From the NCBI RefSeq assembly GCF_004010195.1, contig NC_057729.1, positions 4,339,802 to 4,403,801 of the forward strand: DNA of 64,000 bases. Reading direction: 5' to 3'. Source of the stretch: Chiloscyllium plagiosum (taxonomy: Eukaryota). The notes under the pieces were generated by a model that saw nothing but the letters and a program-made list of their open reading frames with translations, searched no databases and had not been told where the DNA came from. Position numbers and translations under genes: made by a program. This document shows, piece by piece, positions 42,019-54,634 of the stretch (within the stretch, counting starts at the first letter, position 1; each line of letters starts with the position of its first letter).

Positions 42019-43099
42019 CAAAATCTTTAGATAGGTTTACAAACAAGCGATCGGGTTGGAGGCTGTGTTTAATTCTAGCTGATGTTTTATTCAGCTGTTT
42101 ATACAATCCTTGTAGCTGTTCAGCCTATCAAGTCCACACTATCCCTCCGAAGAGCTTCTACCCATACTCACCTCATCCCGGAGAGGATGATCCCTGCGAA
42201 ATGCAGAAGGGGGAGTGAGGAGAAGGTGTGTTTAGTGGTGGCATTCTGTTGGAATTGTCTGAAATGGCTGAGAATGGCCCTTTGAATGTGAAGGCTGGTG
42301 GGATGAAAAGTGAGGGCAAGGAGGACCTGATCACACTGTCGTGAGTGATGGGAAGGAGCAAGTCGGAAGCACAGGTGATACATCGGATGTGGTTGAAGGC
42401 CGTGTCAACCACATTGAGTGGAAAACCATGATCATGGAAGAAGCAAGCCATGTCAACAGCACTGTTTTGGAAGGTGTCATCATCGGAACAGATGTGACGT
42501 AGGTGAAGGAACTGGGAGAATGGGATGGAGTCCCTGAGGGACATGGGGTGTGAGGAGCTGTAGTGAAGGTATCTGTGGGAGTCAGTGGTTTTATAGTGGA
42601 TGGCAATGGACAGTTTATTCCCTGAAACGAAGACAGAGAAATCAAGGAAAGGAAGGGGAGTGTCGAAAATGGATAATGCACAAGTTATAGAGGGGTGGAA
42701 ATTTGAGGCAAAATGAACAAACTTTTCAGGGTCCTGGCGAGAGCATGAAGCATTACTGAAGCAGTCGTAGATGGAGCAAAAGAAGAGCTGTGGGAGGGGA
42801 CTAGTATAGAACTGGAACAAGGATTGTTCCACATACCCCATAAGGAGACAGGCATAACTGGGACCCATGTGGGTGCCCAAAGCCACTCCTTTAAATTGGC
42901 AGAAGTGAGATGAGTTAAAGGAGAAATTGTTCAGTGAGAAAACAAGTTCAGCCAGGCAGAGGAGATTGGCAATAGATGGGGAGTGTCCAGGCCTCTTGTC
43001 GAAGAAGAAGCCAAGAGTTCACAGACTGTCCTAGTAGGGGATGGAGTGTAAAGGGATTGTACATCTGTGGTGAACAGGAGGCAGTTAGGGCCAGGGAAA

Positions 43100-43322
43100 T
43101 ATTCATGCAGAGGATGTTGCATGTATGGAATTAGCTGCCAGAGGATGTGGTGGAGGTTGGTGCAATTACAACAATTAAATGGTACCTGGATGGGTTTAGA
43201 AGGATATGAGCCAAATGCTGGCAAATGAGACTAGATTTATGTAGGATATCTTATCAGCATGGATGAGGTAGACTGAAGGGTCTGTTTCTGTGCTATATAT
43301 CTCTAAAACTCTATGACTCTAA
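43100..43322 (+). mobile_element. CR1 3' end nested in the PLE
   Basis: gtatggaattagctgccagagga ... ctctatgactct tail. Confidence 0.8.
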
Positions 43323-44143
43323 CTGGAAATTGTCAATATGGTGGAGGGCATCAGACGAATTGCGGAACTAGGTGGGCAGACTTTGGACAAGCGGAGAGAG
43401 GAAATCGGCTTGGTGGGGCAGGAACAGACTGTTACGATGGGCCTAAGGGGGCAGTCTGGCTTGTTGATTTTAGGAAGGAGGGAGAAGCGAACTGACTGGG
43501 ATTGAGCGACTACAAAGTTGGAGGAAGTGGGAGGAAGATCTCGGGAGGTAAAGAGGTTGGTGACAGTCCTGGCAACAATGGCTTGATGTTTGGATGTGAG
43601 GAAGTATCCGAGAGTTGCCTTTAAGTCTCTGCAAAGTAAAGATCAGTGCACCAGATTACACCAGCACCATGTCTTTTGGCGGGTTTGTTAAGAAAGTTAA
43701 GGTTGGGTCTGAGAGAGAACAATGTGGCAATTTCAGAAGGAGACAGGTTAGAGTGGGTGAGAGAAGCAGAGAAATTGAGACAGCTGAGGTCATGTCAGCA
43801 GTTTGCAATGAAGAGATTGAGGGCAGGTAAGAGATCAGGAGAAGGGTTCCAAGTGGTGGGTGAAAGGGATCAGTGGAATGCGGGTGGGGGTTGCGGGTTG
43901 GAAGGCCCCTGCCCAATAAAGTGAAAACGGAGATGAAAGGGCTGGGACAAACAGTTCAACATCATGGTGAGCTGGAAATTCATTAAGGTAGAGGTATAAA
44001 GGTGTGAAGCCTAGTTCTTTTCTGGGAATGACCTTGTGACTGTCAACGGATGTTAATACAATTGTGAGCCAATTATGTCACCCTTCAATGGAATGCTTGC
44101 TTTCTATCTTTAAAAAGATTAAAGTACACTGTTTTCATTATAA

Positions 44144-44341
44144 GGAGAAAGTGAGGACTGCAGATGCTGGAGATCAGAGTCGAGAGTGTGGTGCTGGAAA
44201 AGTAGAGCAGGTCAGGCAGCATCTGAGGAGCTGGAGAATCGATGTTTCGAGCAATAGCACATCCTGCCTGAAACGTTGATTCTCTTGCTCCTCAGATGCT
44301 GCCTGACCTACTGTGCTTTTCCAGCATTACACTCTCGACTG
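44144..44341. mobile_element. Older palindromic Penelope terminal-repeat insertion
   Basis: Inverted arms around about 44250; imperfect TSD TGTTTTCATT(A/G)TA at 44130 and 44342. Confidence 0.82.
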
Positions 44342-46559
44342 TGTTTTCATTGTAAGTTAATTCATTCCCCTTGCAACAATAAATTCTTGCTCTGCATCCT
44401 GTCCACAGCATCATAATGGATTACGTGCAGGATTACGTGCAGGCTGTGCTTATATGAATCAAATTTCAATTTGCAAGGGGCATTGATCTTTTAGAGAAGT
44501 AGAGGGTCTATACTTTGTTGATTGACTCCTGAAACCTATCCAGCTTAAGTTCCTACTTTCTAGAGGTTATGTTCTTCTCAGAGGGTGACGAATAGGTTCA
44601 GTGCTATTTACACAGCTCCATACAATCCATACTTGACTGTGTATGGAAATCACTGCCCATCAAAGTAGTCTACAACAAAAACATAACCAGAAGCCATATA
44701 CAACTGAAAGAGACCACGGGACTATCGAACGGTGTGCTATATTTGTGCCAAGTTTTAGCTTGTACAGAAGATTGACACTTATGCATCCAAAATGCCTTTG
44801 CCTTGGTGCCACCTTCGCAGCCACACCTGAGTTTGAAGAGGTCTGCTGACTGTTTTGTTGGCTTGCCTCAGATGACTTTGGTGGGCATACACTGGAGCCT
44901 AGAGGTCTGTTGCTTAGGTGCAGGTATAACCTTCTTGGCCTGATCTGATAGAAGAGTTTGGGTTCCTGGCTGAGGTGAGATAGTGTAGCAGACCACCTCT
45001 GGATTGTCCTGAAATGACAATCCCTAAATGCCTGTCTTTTGCTCCTTTTACCTGCTGGAGCACAATGGCATTTTCTTGCCCTTCAAGGAGGTGGTTACCT
45101 GGAGGGAGGTCAAGATCCCTCAGCCCACTGTTGTCTAGCCAGTGAATGAATGCATGCATAGCTCTAGCAATACTGTGAAGGTCCTTGCACATATCCATCA
45201 AATACTGATTGTTCTGCTAGACCGATCTCTGCATGGTGGCCATCACTATTCCATGGAGGCAGTCCAAAGCCACAATAAGACAAAACCTGAGCAGGCTCCT
45301 TGGCCCTTCACTGTAGTCTGTGCATGATTTCTATCACCGCTGCCAGATGTTCACCTCCTTGTCCATGCATATCCACCAGCTCAGTAATTGCTGAGTTTGG
45401 GGCTCTTATTCTGTGCTGTACTCCAGTAGTTTTCCGAGTGTCAGAAACCTCACCTGTCTCTTCGTCCTCAGTTTACAGGCCCATATCAGTGCTGTGCTCA
45501 CCACAATGTGACTCCAAACTTTGTTACATAGATTACCCACTGAAGTGAATGTTTCTGCACTGGTGGAGGTTGGTGGCATCCTGTTGGAGATGGCAAAAAT
45601 GACAGTGTATGATGCTTTGAATGCAGAGGCAGGTAAATGGGGGGGGGGGGGGGGGGGGCATTCTCCCAGTCCTCTGTCCATCTCACCTGTTCTGATGATC
45701 CTATTTCTTTTACATTAGATGGGCACAATCAGGCAAATAAACTACCCTAGTGATTAAATTGATCATATTTCAGACTTGTAATGACTTGTGGAACAGTGAG
45801 GCTTGATTTGCAGTACATTATTCCCACTAGGGTTCTACCTCTCTGCATGCATATGTAATTGCCCAATAAAATGTGACCTATCTGAGTGGAAATATGTTGC
45901 AATTTAAGCTCGACTCCACTAAAAACTAAAGATTCTGTTCATTGTTTCTGAACCAGCAATCTGAAAATAGAATGTTATTTTATTCAATAGGTTTTAGTAA
46001 GGCAGTTTTAGAATTAAGTTTGCAGGTGACCATTAAATCCCATGCTTCAAGAAGAGAAAGCATCAATACTGTATTAAAAAAAAAGCCTTGATTATATTGG
46101 TTAGCACAGGGTTAAGGTTTGTTAAAGGGTACAAATTAATAATGAAGCAACAAATCAGCTCTATCATTATAATGCATTAACAAGGTGGACAAAATGAACC
46201 ACAAGGAACAGCTATTAATGGTAATAACATTGAGCAAACAGTTTTGAATGTTTATTTGTTAATTTTAAAGCTCACATTGAAATTCTATTTCTTTTGCTTA
46301 ATAGTGAAACAGTTGTGAGCAATTTTTGACAGTCATGCATGCAGTTTAGGAAACTTAACAAAAGCTGATGGATCCAAACAGTCTTTGCAACAAATCTTGT
46401 AACGGGGGGTTACAAGAGTTTGGACTCAATAAATAGCAGGGTAGTGGCTTATCATAAATTCAGATACAAGTATTATCCAACTTGCCAGTATTTTTACAAC
46501 AGGGGAATAATACTTGGCTCTAATTTTTATAAGAAGAATTATATCTTCAATACTGTGTA

Positions 46560-47085
46560 GTTTTGTTCAGTCTGAAGAAGCCTGCTTTGAAGGCAATACA
46601 GTGAAGTTTCATTAAATTGGTTCTTGGAATCTATTTTTTTTTATGTTGAGGGAGCCTAAGTAAATTGGGCCTTCTCTGAAATTCAGAAGAATGCAAGTGA
46701 TCTCTACGAAACATTCAAGATTCTGATGGGACTTGAATGAGTAGACACTAAGACATTGATTCCCCATGAAGAAGGGCCGTAGCTGAGTCTGAGAGGCTTG
46801 GCAACTGTTAGTGGTTCCCGAAGAGTGGCAGAACCCAAATTGAAGAGAAAGAAGAAATATTAAGCACAGGGGACAGCCTTAGGATAAGGAGCTGATCATC
46901 TAAGGACAGATCTCAGAAATTATATCACTCAAATAATTGTGAATCTTCAGAATTCTCAAGCCCTACAGGTTGTGGATATTCCATTACTGAGTACATTTAA
47001 GGCCAGGCTAGATAGACTTTTGGTCTCTTAAAATGGGTTGAAAATCTCAAGATTGTATTGAATGGTGAAACAGGCTCAATTGGCC
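46560..47085 (+). mobile_element. Old CR1 3' fragment
   Basis: ttcagaagaatgcaagtgatctc and ttgtgaatcttcagaattctc. Confidence 0.65.
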
Positions 47086-48199
47086 ATATTTCAACCATGA
47101 AAAGGTGTGAGGTGATGCTCTATGGAGGTCTAAAATATCAAGGGATTATGCATAGTAGGATCCTGAAAATATTGAAGATTGGAGGAACTTTGGTGGACAT
47201 GTTCACAAAGAAGAGGAAAAGATGTACTTTGACCTCATTGATTATAAGAACTAGGAGCATTTGTTCCCTCACCAACTGACACAGGCCGGTGATCAATACA
47301 AACTATGATCTTTAGGACTGGGTCAGTATTGGTGCTACTGATTCACACTTATTGATGGATATTGAAATCTCCTATCATTCTATTACCCTGACACCCTCAG
47401 TGCCTCCTCCAAATGGTGTCCAACATGGCAAACTCATTCACTGTTTTTTTTGCGTGCAGAGGGGGCTGGATGAGTGGGTGGCGTTGTGGGTGATAAACAC
47501 TAGATTACTATTATATGTTTGATGTGATGTCGTAAGACTACTTGAAGTTTGGCATCAACGCTGAAGACTCCAAGGGCAACTCCCTCCTGACTGTATACCA
47601 CTGTGCCACAGCCTATGGTGGATCTGTCCTATCAGTGCGTGTTTGGGACATTGTCATGAACATGGTAATGTCAGGCTGTTGCTTGAGTATTTTGTGTTCA
47701 TCCTTTACTTTGTGGGACTGCTTCAGCCCTACAACCTCTCCCCTATCCTTCTGATTCCAGTGATTTGAGTTGGCTCTTCAATTAATGCTGTGCCTTCAGC
47801 TGCTTACCTTCCGCTCTTCCAGCTTCCTCTCCTTTGAGTCCCCCCTTGAACCCAACCTTTTGGGAATCAGCTATTAGTCACCCTTCCTTTTCCCAGATTT
47901 TGTCAAGGTACCTGGATATTATAATGTCAAAAAACATTTTGGAATTTCTAAAGATTGTAAATTGTTATTGCTTGCATGGAACTTCACAGAGACAAAATGG
48001 AAAGTGAAACAGGGAGAATCCCAATTTCATATGTACATTTAAGGCAACCAATGGTAAATTTAATTCTATTATTATAAAAATGGTCCTGTTGCAATGCCAG
48101 CTGCAACTCTTTCTGTTCTCACTGTATGGTCATCCTGACCCATAGATGGAGTAATGTTTGGTAGTATGTAACATACCAGCTCAGAGATAGGCTATTTTT

Positions 48200-49310
48200 A
48201 TTTTTATTTATTCATTTGTGGGATGTGGGCATTACCGACTGGCCAATGTTTATTTCCCGTCCCTAGTTGCACTTGAGAAGGTAGTGGTGTGCTGCCTTCT
48301 TCAACCACTGCAATCCACTCAGTGTGTGTGTTAGGGAGGGAATTCCAGGATTTTGATCCTGCGACAATGAAGGAATGGCAATATATTTCCAAGTCAGAAT
48401 GGTGAATGGCTTAGGAGAACTTGAAGGTAGTGATGTTCTCATGTATCCATTGCCTCTCTCCTTCCAGATGGAAGTGGTCGTGGGTTACAAAGGTGCTGTC
48501 TGAGGATTTTCGGTGAATTTCTGTAGTGCGTCTTGTAGATCATACACATTGCTATTACGTGAGGTCAGTATTGGAGAAAGTGGATGTAGTGCCAATCAAG
48601 TGGACTGCTTTTTGCTGGATAGTGTGCACCTATCCAGGCAAATGGGGAGCATTCCATCACATTCCTGACCTGTGACTTGTAGATGATGGACATGCTTTGG
48701 GAATCAGGAGGTGACTTACTCACTGTAGTATTCCTAGCCTCTGACCTGCTCTTGTAGCCAATTTATTTATGTGACGAGTCCAGTTGAGTTTCTGGTCAAT
48801 GGCAACCCCCAGGATATTAATAGTGGGGGATTCAGCACTGAATGTGAAGGGCAGTGGTTAGATTCTCTTCTTGGTATGGTCAGAGCTTGGCATTTTTGTG
48901 GCACAAATGTTACTTGCCACTTGTCAGCCCAAGCTGGGATATTGTCCAGATCTTGTTTCATTTGAACATGGACTATTCAGTATCTGAGAAGTCATGAATG
49001 GTTGCTGAACGTTGTGCAATCGTTGGCGAACTTCCCCACTTAAAACCTTATAATAGAGGGAATGTCATAGATGAAGCAGCTGAAGATGTCTTGGTCATGG
49101 CCACTATCCTGAGGAACTCCTGCAGAAATGAACTGGAGCTGACATGATGACCTCCAACGACCACAACAACCTCTTCCTATGTGCCAACTATGACTCCAAT
49201 CAGTAGAGAGTTTGCCCCCTGTTACGCATTGATTCCAGTTTTGCCAGGGCTCCTTGATGCCACATTTTGTTGAATGCAGCGTTGGTGTCAAGAGTTGTTA
49301 TTCTCACTTT
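48200..49310 (-). mobile_element. CR1/L2-group LINE, 3' part (distinct family)
   Basis: AGVPQDS..FSCFIYDIPS, QDLDNIPAWADKWQVTF.PQKCQ and SFIVAGSKSWNSLP. Confidence 0.82.
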
Positions 49311-49509
49311 CACACCAGGGCTGCATATTCTTTATAACCATATATATTCTTTGTATTCAACTCCCTAACCCAAATTCCTGAGTTGTGAAGAAGAGTCAAA
49401 ATCTTAACTCTGCATTTTCTCCACTGAGTTTTCCCAGCAGCTACTGATTCACAATTTTTGTTGCACTGTCATGTCCTTTCTGTGCACATGACTGGGAAAT
49501 GCAGACTTT

Positions 49510-49562
49510 AAACACGCAGACGTGGCGTGCTTGGGACCGTGCGCAGGCGCACTCGGTGAGCT
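49510..49562 (+). promoter_or_regulatory. Small CpG cluster with NRF1 motif and splice donor (candidate NUDT19 copy 2 promoter/first exon)
   Basis: TGCGCAGGCGCA at 49540-49551; CG|GTGAG at 49555/49556; followed by G-rich intron-like sequence. Confidence 0.5.
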
Positions 49563-50514
49563 CTGCTTCTAAGTGTTCAAGTTCGGACATGGAGTTGTGT
49601 TTGTGCTAATGTTCCGGACTGTACACAGCTGGTAAAGACACGCTGTCAATTTTTGACAGCTTCGGAAACTTAACGACACTGTGATCTGGAACAAACCTCG
49701 GTAAGAAAACCCTGTCATACAGTAACGGACTCGGAGTTAGAATCAGTACCTACACTTCAGCCGGGAGGTATTGCCCAACATTATACAACGCGTTTATTTT
49801 ACAACAGGGAAGGGTGGGCACTCTAGGGTAAAACCCCGAAACTGCCGCCCGATTCAGGGGAAAGGAAAGGCCCAGGTGCATTTCAGCTGTATCCAGGCTG
49901 GAGGAATGTGAACCTCAACTGGCCTGCCACTGCACATGGGGAAGTGGTGGTAAGAGGCTGGGCAGTCACAGTGTTTGGGGGAGCATTGAGGAGGGAAACA
50001 GGAATTTGGGGCAGAAGGAATGGGATTTTGAGGACAAAAAGCCTGATTTTAGTTATGGGTTCAGGGGTTGAAATGGCTTGAGTGGGTTGGTTGCAGGAGT
50101 TTGAGGCAGTGGATAGAGGAGTGGTGGCTTGGGGTTTGAGTTAGAGAATTGAGGTAGGGTTTGTGGGAGCAGAGAGGTGGATTGGATTGAGGAAGAGTGT
50201 TTTCACTGAGTGAGAGAGGTATTTGAGATGAATCGTTTGATGAAACTCAAGGCCTGTCCAGCAGCCCAGAGGAACTATCCTTGTGATTTGCAAAGAAAAA
50301 AGATTTTTCAGATATTATGTATTTAGCTGGGCCTTGACTGGCCTGTAACTCAATTCCTGATAACTTTGTGACAGGTAAACCAGTGGTTCTTCTTTCCTCA
50401 GGTTTCCACGTATCTAATCTAATCTAATACTGTAATTAAATTGCAACAACATGAAGTGAGAAAGACTGAGATATAGCAGGACATTCTTGGAATTAAAGAG
50501 GATGATTTACAATC

Positions 50515-51900
50515 TTCATATAACATACCACAACACGGTACAGGCCCTTCAGCTGTTGATGTTGTGCTGACCTTTTATCCTCCTCTAAGATCAAACTAAC
50601 CAACATACCCTTCATTACGCTATCTTCCATATGCCTATACAAGAGTTGCTTAAATGTCCCAATGTATCTGACTCTACTACCACCACTGGCAGTGCATTCC
50701 ACGCACCCACTACTCTCTGTGTCAAGAACCTACCTCTGACATCTCCCCTAAACCTTCCTCCAATCACCTTAAAATTATACCCTCTCGTTATAGCCATTTC
50801 CACGCTGGGAAAAAAGTCTCTGGCTATCCACTCTATCTATGCTTCTCATCATCATGTACACCTCTATCAAGTCACCTTATCCTTCTTCGCTTCAATGAGA
50901 AAAGCCCTAGTTCCTTCAACCTTGCTTCATAAGACATGCCCTCCAGTCCAGGCAGCATCTTGGTAAATCTCGTCTGCACTCTCTCTAAGGCTTCCACATT
51001 CCTTCCTATAATGAGGCAACCAGAACTTAACACAATATTCCAAGTGTAATCTAACCAGGGCTGTACAGAGCTGCAGCATAACCTTGTGGCTCTTAAACTC
51101 AATCCTCCCCTGCTAATGAAAGCCAATACACCATATGCCTTCTTAACAACCCTATCAACTTGGGTGGCAACTTTAAGGGATCTATGGACATGGACCCAAG
51201 GTTCCTCTTTTGCTCCGCACTGCCAAGAATCCTGCCTTTACCCCTATATTCTGCATTCAAGTTCAACCTTCCAAAATAAATCACTTCACTCTTTTCCAGG
51301 TTGAACTCCATCTTCCGCTTATCAGCCCTGCTGTGCATCCTGTCAATGTCCCGTTGCAACCTACAACAGATTTCCACACTATCCATCACTCCACCAACCT
51401 TGGTGTCATCAGCAAACTTACTAATCCAATCTTCTGCTTCCTCATTGCAAGTCATTTATAAAAAACACAAAGAGCCAAGGTCCCAGAACTGATCCCTGGG
51501 GAACAGCACTGGTCACTAAATACTATGGGCCAACAATTATGTATCCAGACAGCCAGATTTCCCTGTATCCCATTCCTCCTCACTTTTTGAATGAGCCTCT
51601 AGGGGGAACCTTATCAAGCGCCTTGTTAAAATCCATGAATATCACATCCACTGCTCTACCATCATTAATGTGTTTTGTCACATCCTCAAAGAATTTAGTA
51701 AGGTTTGTGAGGCATGACCTTCCACTCTCAAAGCCATGCTGATTTTCTAATCAAGCTGTGGTTTTCCAAATAATCATAAATTCTGTCTGTCAAAGTTCTC
51801 TCCATAAGTTTTCCCACCACAGACATAAGACTGATTGATTGGTCTGTAGTTATCAGGATTATCCCAACTCCATTTCTTGAACAAGGGACTAACATTTGCT
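50515..51900 (-). mobile_element. CR1 LINE, 3' part; continues at 54488-54615 and about 55455-56080
   Basis: SKFADDTK, ERVQTRFTKMLPG, FLTQRVVGAWN. The PDDWRAANVSPLFK motif is split across the 51901-54474 insertion. Confidence 0.9.
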
Positions 51901-51993
51901 GGAGAAAGTGAGGTCTGCAGATGCTGGAGATCAAAGTTGAAACTTTATTGCTGGAACAGCACAGCAGGTCAGGCAGCATCCAGGGAACAGGAG

Positions 51994-52029
51994 ATTCGAC
52001 GTTTCGGGCACAGGCCCTTCTTCAGGAAT
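51994..52029 (-). ncRNA. Minimal type I hammerhead ribozyme motif
   Basis: Minus strand reads ATTC-CTGAAGA-A-GGGC(CTGT)GCCC-GAAA-CGTC-GAAT. Confidence 0.7.
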
Positions 52030-52244
52030 GAGCAGAGAGTGTTCAGCAGGAGAAGATAAAAGGTAGGGAGGAGGGACTTGGAGGAGGGGCGTTGGAAATG
52101 TGATAGGTGGAAAGAGGTCAAGGTGAGGGTGATAGGTCGGAGTAGGATGGAGGCGGAGAGGTCAAGAAGAAGACTGCAGGCCAGGAAGGCGGTGCCGGGC
52201 TGGAAGGATCCCTTTTATCTTCTCCTGCTGAACACTCTCTGCTC

Positions 52245-52280
52245 ATTCCTGAAGAAGGGCCTGTGCCCGAAACGTCGAAT
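52245..52280 (+). ncRNA. Minimal type I hammerhead ribozyme motif
   Basis: ATTC-CTGAAGA-A-GGGC(CTGT)GCCC-GAAA-CGTC-GAAT: stem I AUUC/GAAU, palindromic ACGU stem III, predicted GUC cleavage after 52276. Confidence 0.72.
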
Positions 52281-53214
52281 CTCCTGTTCCCTGGATGCTG
52301 CCTGACCTGCTGTGCTGTTCCAGCAATAAAGTTTCAACTTTGATATCCAAATGAATCCAACAAGAACTGGACCAAGCATATGTGGTACTCATAATCTTCT
52401 TCATCCTAAGTATACGCATGATTTTACTACAACTGCTAAGTATTTCATCAGTAATATTTTCAGCAACATAACACAAAACATCGCAGATAAGAAAAACTGC
52501 AGCATATTAACATGCCAAATTTCCCCTAAAGTAAATGCATTAAAATTCCATCAAATTTGACAATATTGTTATGTATTTGGCTTTAAGGGGTTAACACGTA
52601 GGGGGTTCCATACAACAGCCAAGCAGGGTGAGATCAATAGTTGTGATGTTGAGAAGATATGCTCTTCTTCATTAGGGTAAATAAAACCACAGAAAGTAGA
52701 CAAAATCAAACACAAAATATTGCTGAGGAAAGGAGTGAACAAAGACAGAAATGGGAACTATTTAAATGTAAATCTATGATTCGCTCCAGTAATAATATCT
52801 AACAATATTCAATATCTAGGATCATACCAAAAGAGTACTTTGAAGTATTAAAGGGATTTTCTGCTATCTAGTGATCTCTGAGGCATGAAGTTTCCCTTTC
52901 TTGATATGTGCAAGATCAAGACAAACACTAGGCATACAGTAACAGTGATATCACCGCAGGGAGTTGGCAGCCAATTACACTGAAGTATTCTCAAACAGCA
53001 AATCAGAAAGTAAAATGCAGTAAAATCTTCTACTCAATTAAAATTTCCACAGAGTAAATACAAATCATCAGTGATACACATGGGATTAAAGTAGCTGAAA
53101 TATCATAACTTTTTTTTAAATTTGAAAAAAACATTATTGCCATAATAATGGCAAAAAAGCATCCCAGTGATATAACATTAGATTTCTATGAGTAACTATT
53201 GAGTTATTAAAATT

Positions 53215-53750
53215 AAATTGCATTTATATAGTAACTGTTATGGCCACAGAAAGATCCAAAATGCTTTACAGCCAATAAAGTACTTTGGAAGTACAGTCAG
53301 TGTTGACACATAGCAGGCAATTTACATGTAGCAAGCTCCCACAAAAAGAAATGCTGTACTAATTATTGAAAAAATATTGACTATGACACCTGGAACAACT
53401 TTCTCATCAGTGGTGAGGTTCTGGAACCCACGAGTTCAAAGGGTAATACAGGCAAAAACCATAATCACATTAAAACATGCGGTGGAACAGTCAATGGGTT
53501 TAGGAATCAAAATTTGGAGAGTGGGATTAGTGTGACGAGGTATTCATCGACTGGTATGGACATAATGTGCCAGACGACTACCTTCTGTGCATGAAATCTT
53601 ACTGTGTTTTCTATGTATCTATAACTCTTATTAAAAATAGTGCCATTGGCTCTTCTATGTCTACATTAGAGGACAGACAGGCCTTCACTTAGTAGGCTCT
53701 CGTCAAAAAGATAGCAGCTTAAATCTTCCAACTTCCCTCACTGGATTGGA
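53215..53750 (-). mobile_element. Old Deu-domain SINE interrupted by a plus-strand CR1 3' fragment (about 53405-53620)
   Basis: ttgcatttatatag..gctttacagccaataaagtacttt..gcaagctcccacaaa..aaatagtgccatt. Confidence 0.65.
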
Positions 53751-54095
53751 ATGTGTTGCTGGAAAAGCGCAGCAGGTCAGGCAGCATCCAGGGAACAGGA
53801 GAATCGACGTTTCGGGCATAAACCCTTCTTCAGGAATGAGGAAAGTTTGTCCAGCAGGCTAAGATAAAAGGTAGGGAGGAGGGACTTGGGGGAGGGGCGT
53901 CGGAAATGTGATAGGTGGAAAGAGGTCAAGGTGAGGGTGATAGGCCAGACTGGGGTGGGGGCGGAGAGGTCGGGAAGAAGATTGCAGGTTAGGAAGGCGG
54001 TGCTGAGTTCGATGGATTTGACTGAGACAAGGTGGGAGGAGGGGAAATGAAATTTTCAGCTCTGATCTCCAGCATCTGCAGACCTCACTTTCTCC
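53751..54095. mobile_element. Inverted PLE terminal repeat plus direct tail (sister subfamily) inside the composite
   Basis: Inverted arm 53751-54050 with a minus-strand hammerhead near 53800-53840, then tttcagctctgatctccagcatctgcagacctcactttctcc. Confidence 0.8.
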
Positions 54096-54382
54096 TAGCC
54101 ATAGTGAAGCCACACAGTGTCTAACTCAATGACTCGTCTCTGGTAAATACGAACGTTGTTGATCTCCTCTTGTGTTGAAATCAGAAACAGACATGAAGGT
54201 GACAATTGGAAGCCACGCACCGCCTTCCTGACCTGCAGTCTTCTTCTTGTCCTCTCCGCCTCCATCCTACTCCGACCTATCACCCTCACCTTGACCTCTT
54301 TCCACCTATCACATTTCCAACGCCCCTCCTCCAAGTCCCTCCTCCCTACCTTTTATCTTCTCCTGCTGAACACTCTCTGCTC

Positions 54383-54418
54383 ATTCCTGAAGAAGGGCCT
54401 GTGCCCGAAACGTCGAAT
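54383..54418 (+). ncRNA. Minimal type I hammerhead ribozyme motif
   Basis: Identical to 52245-52280; predicted cleavage after 54414. Confidence 0.72.
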
Positions 54419-54634
54419 CTCCTGTTCCCTGGATGCTGCCTGACCTGCTGTGCTGTTCCAGCAATAAAGTTTCAACTAACATTTGCTGCCCTCCAATCAT
54501 CTGGCAGTACTCCAGTGGATATTGAAGATGCAAAGATGGAACAATTTTTTTCTCTCATCCTGTAGGAACCTTCTGGCCCAGGGGACTTATCTCTCCTTAT
54601 GCTTTTCAAAACTTTCAGCACAACGTTCTAGGCA

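Larger units (their letters stand above)
41420..44050 (-). mobile_element. Penelope-like element (RT plus GIY-YIG), decayed and interrupted by a SINE and a CR1 piece
   Basis: LFTTDVQSLYT, MALGTHMGPSYACLLMGYVEQ, PFLD, YLHYSSSHP..SIPFSQF, PTDKDMV-like motif. Confidence 0.9.
51901..54474. mobile_element. Composite PLE-terminal-repeat insertion with non-PLE cargo
   Basis: 13-14-bp TSD ACTAACATTTGCT(G) at 51888-51900 and 54475-54487. Outer arms (51901-52200 inverted; 54214-54477 direct) are near-identical reverse complements; a further direct copy lies at about 52211-52344. Confidence 0.85.
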
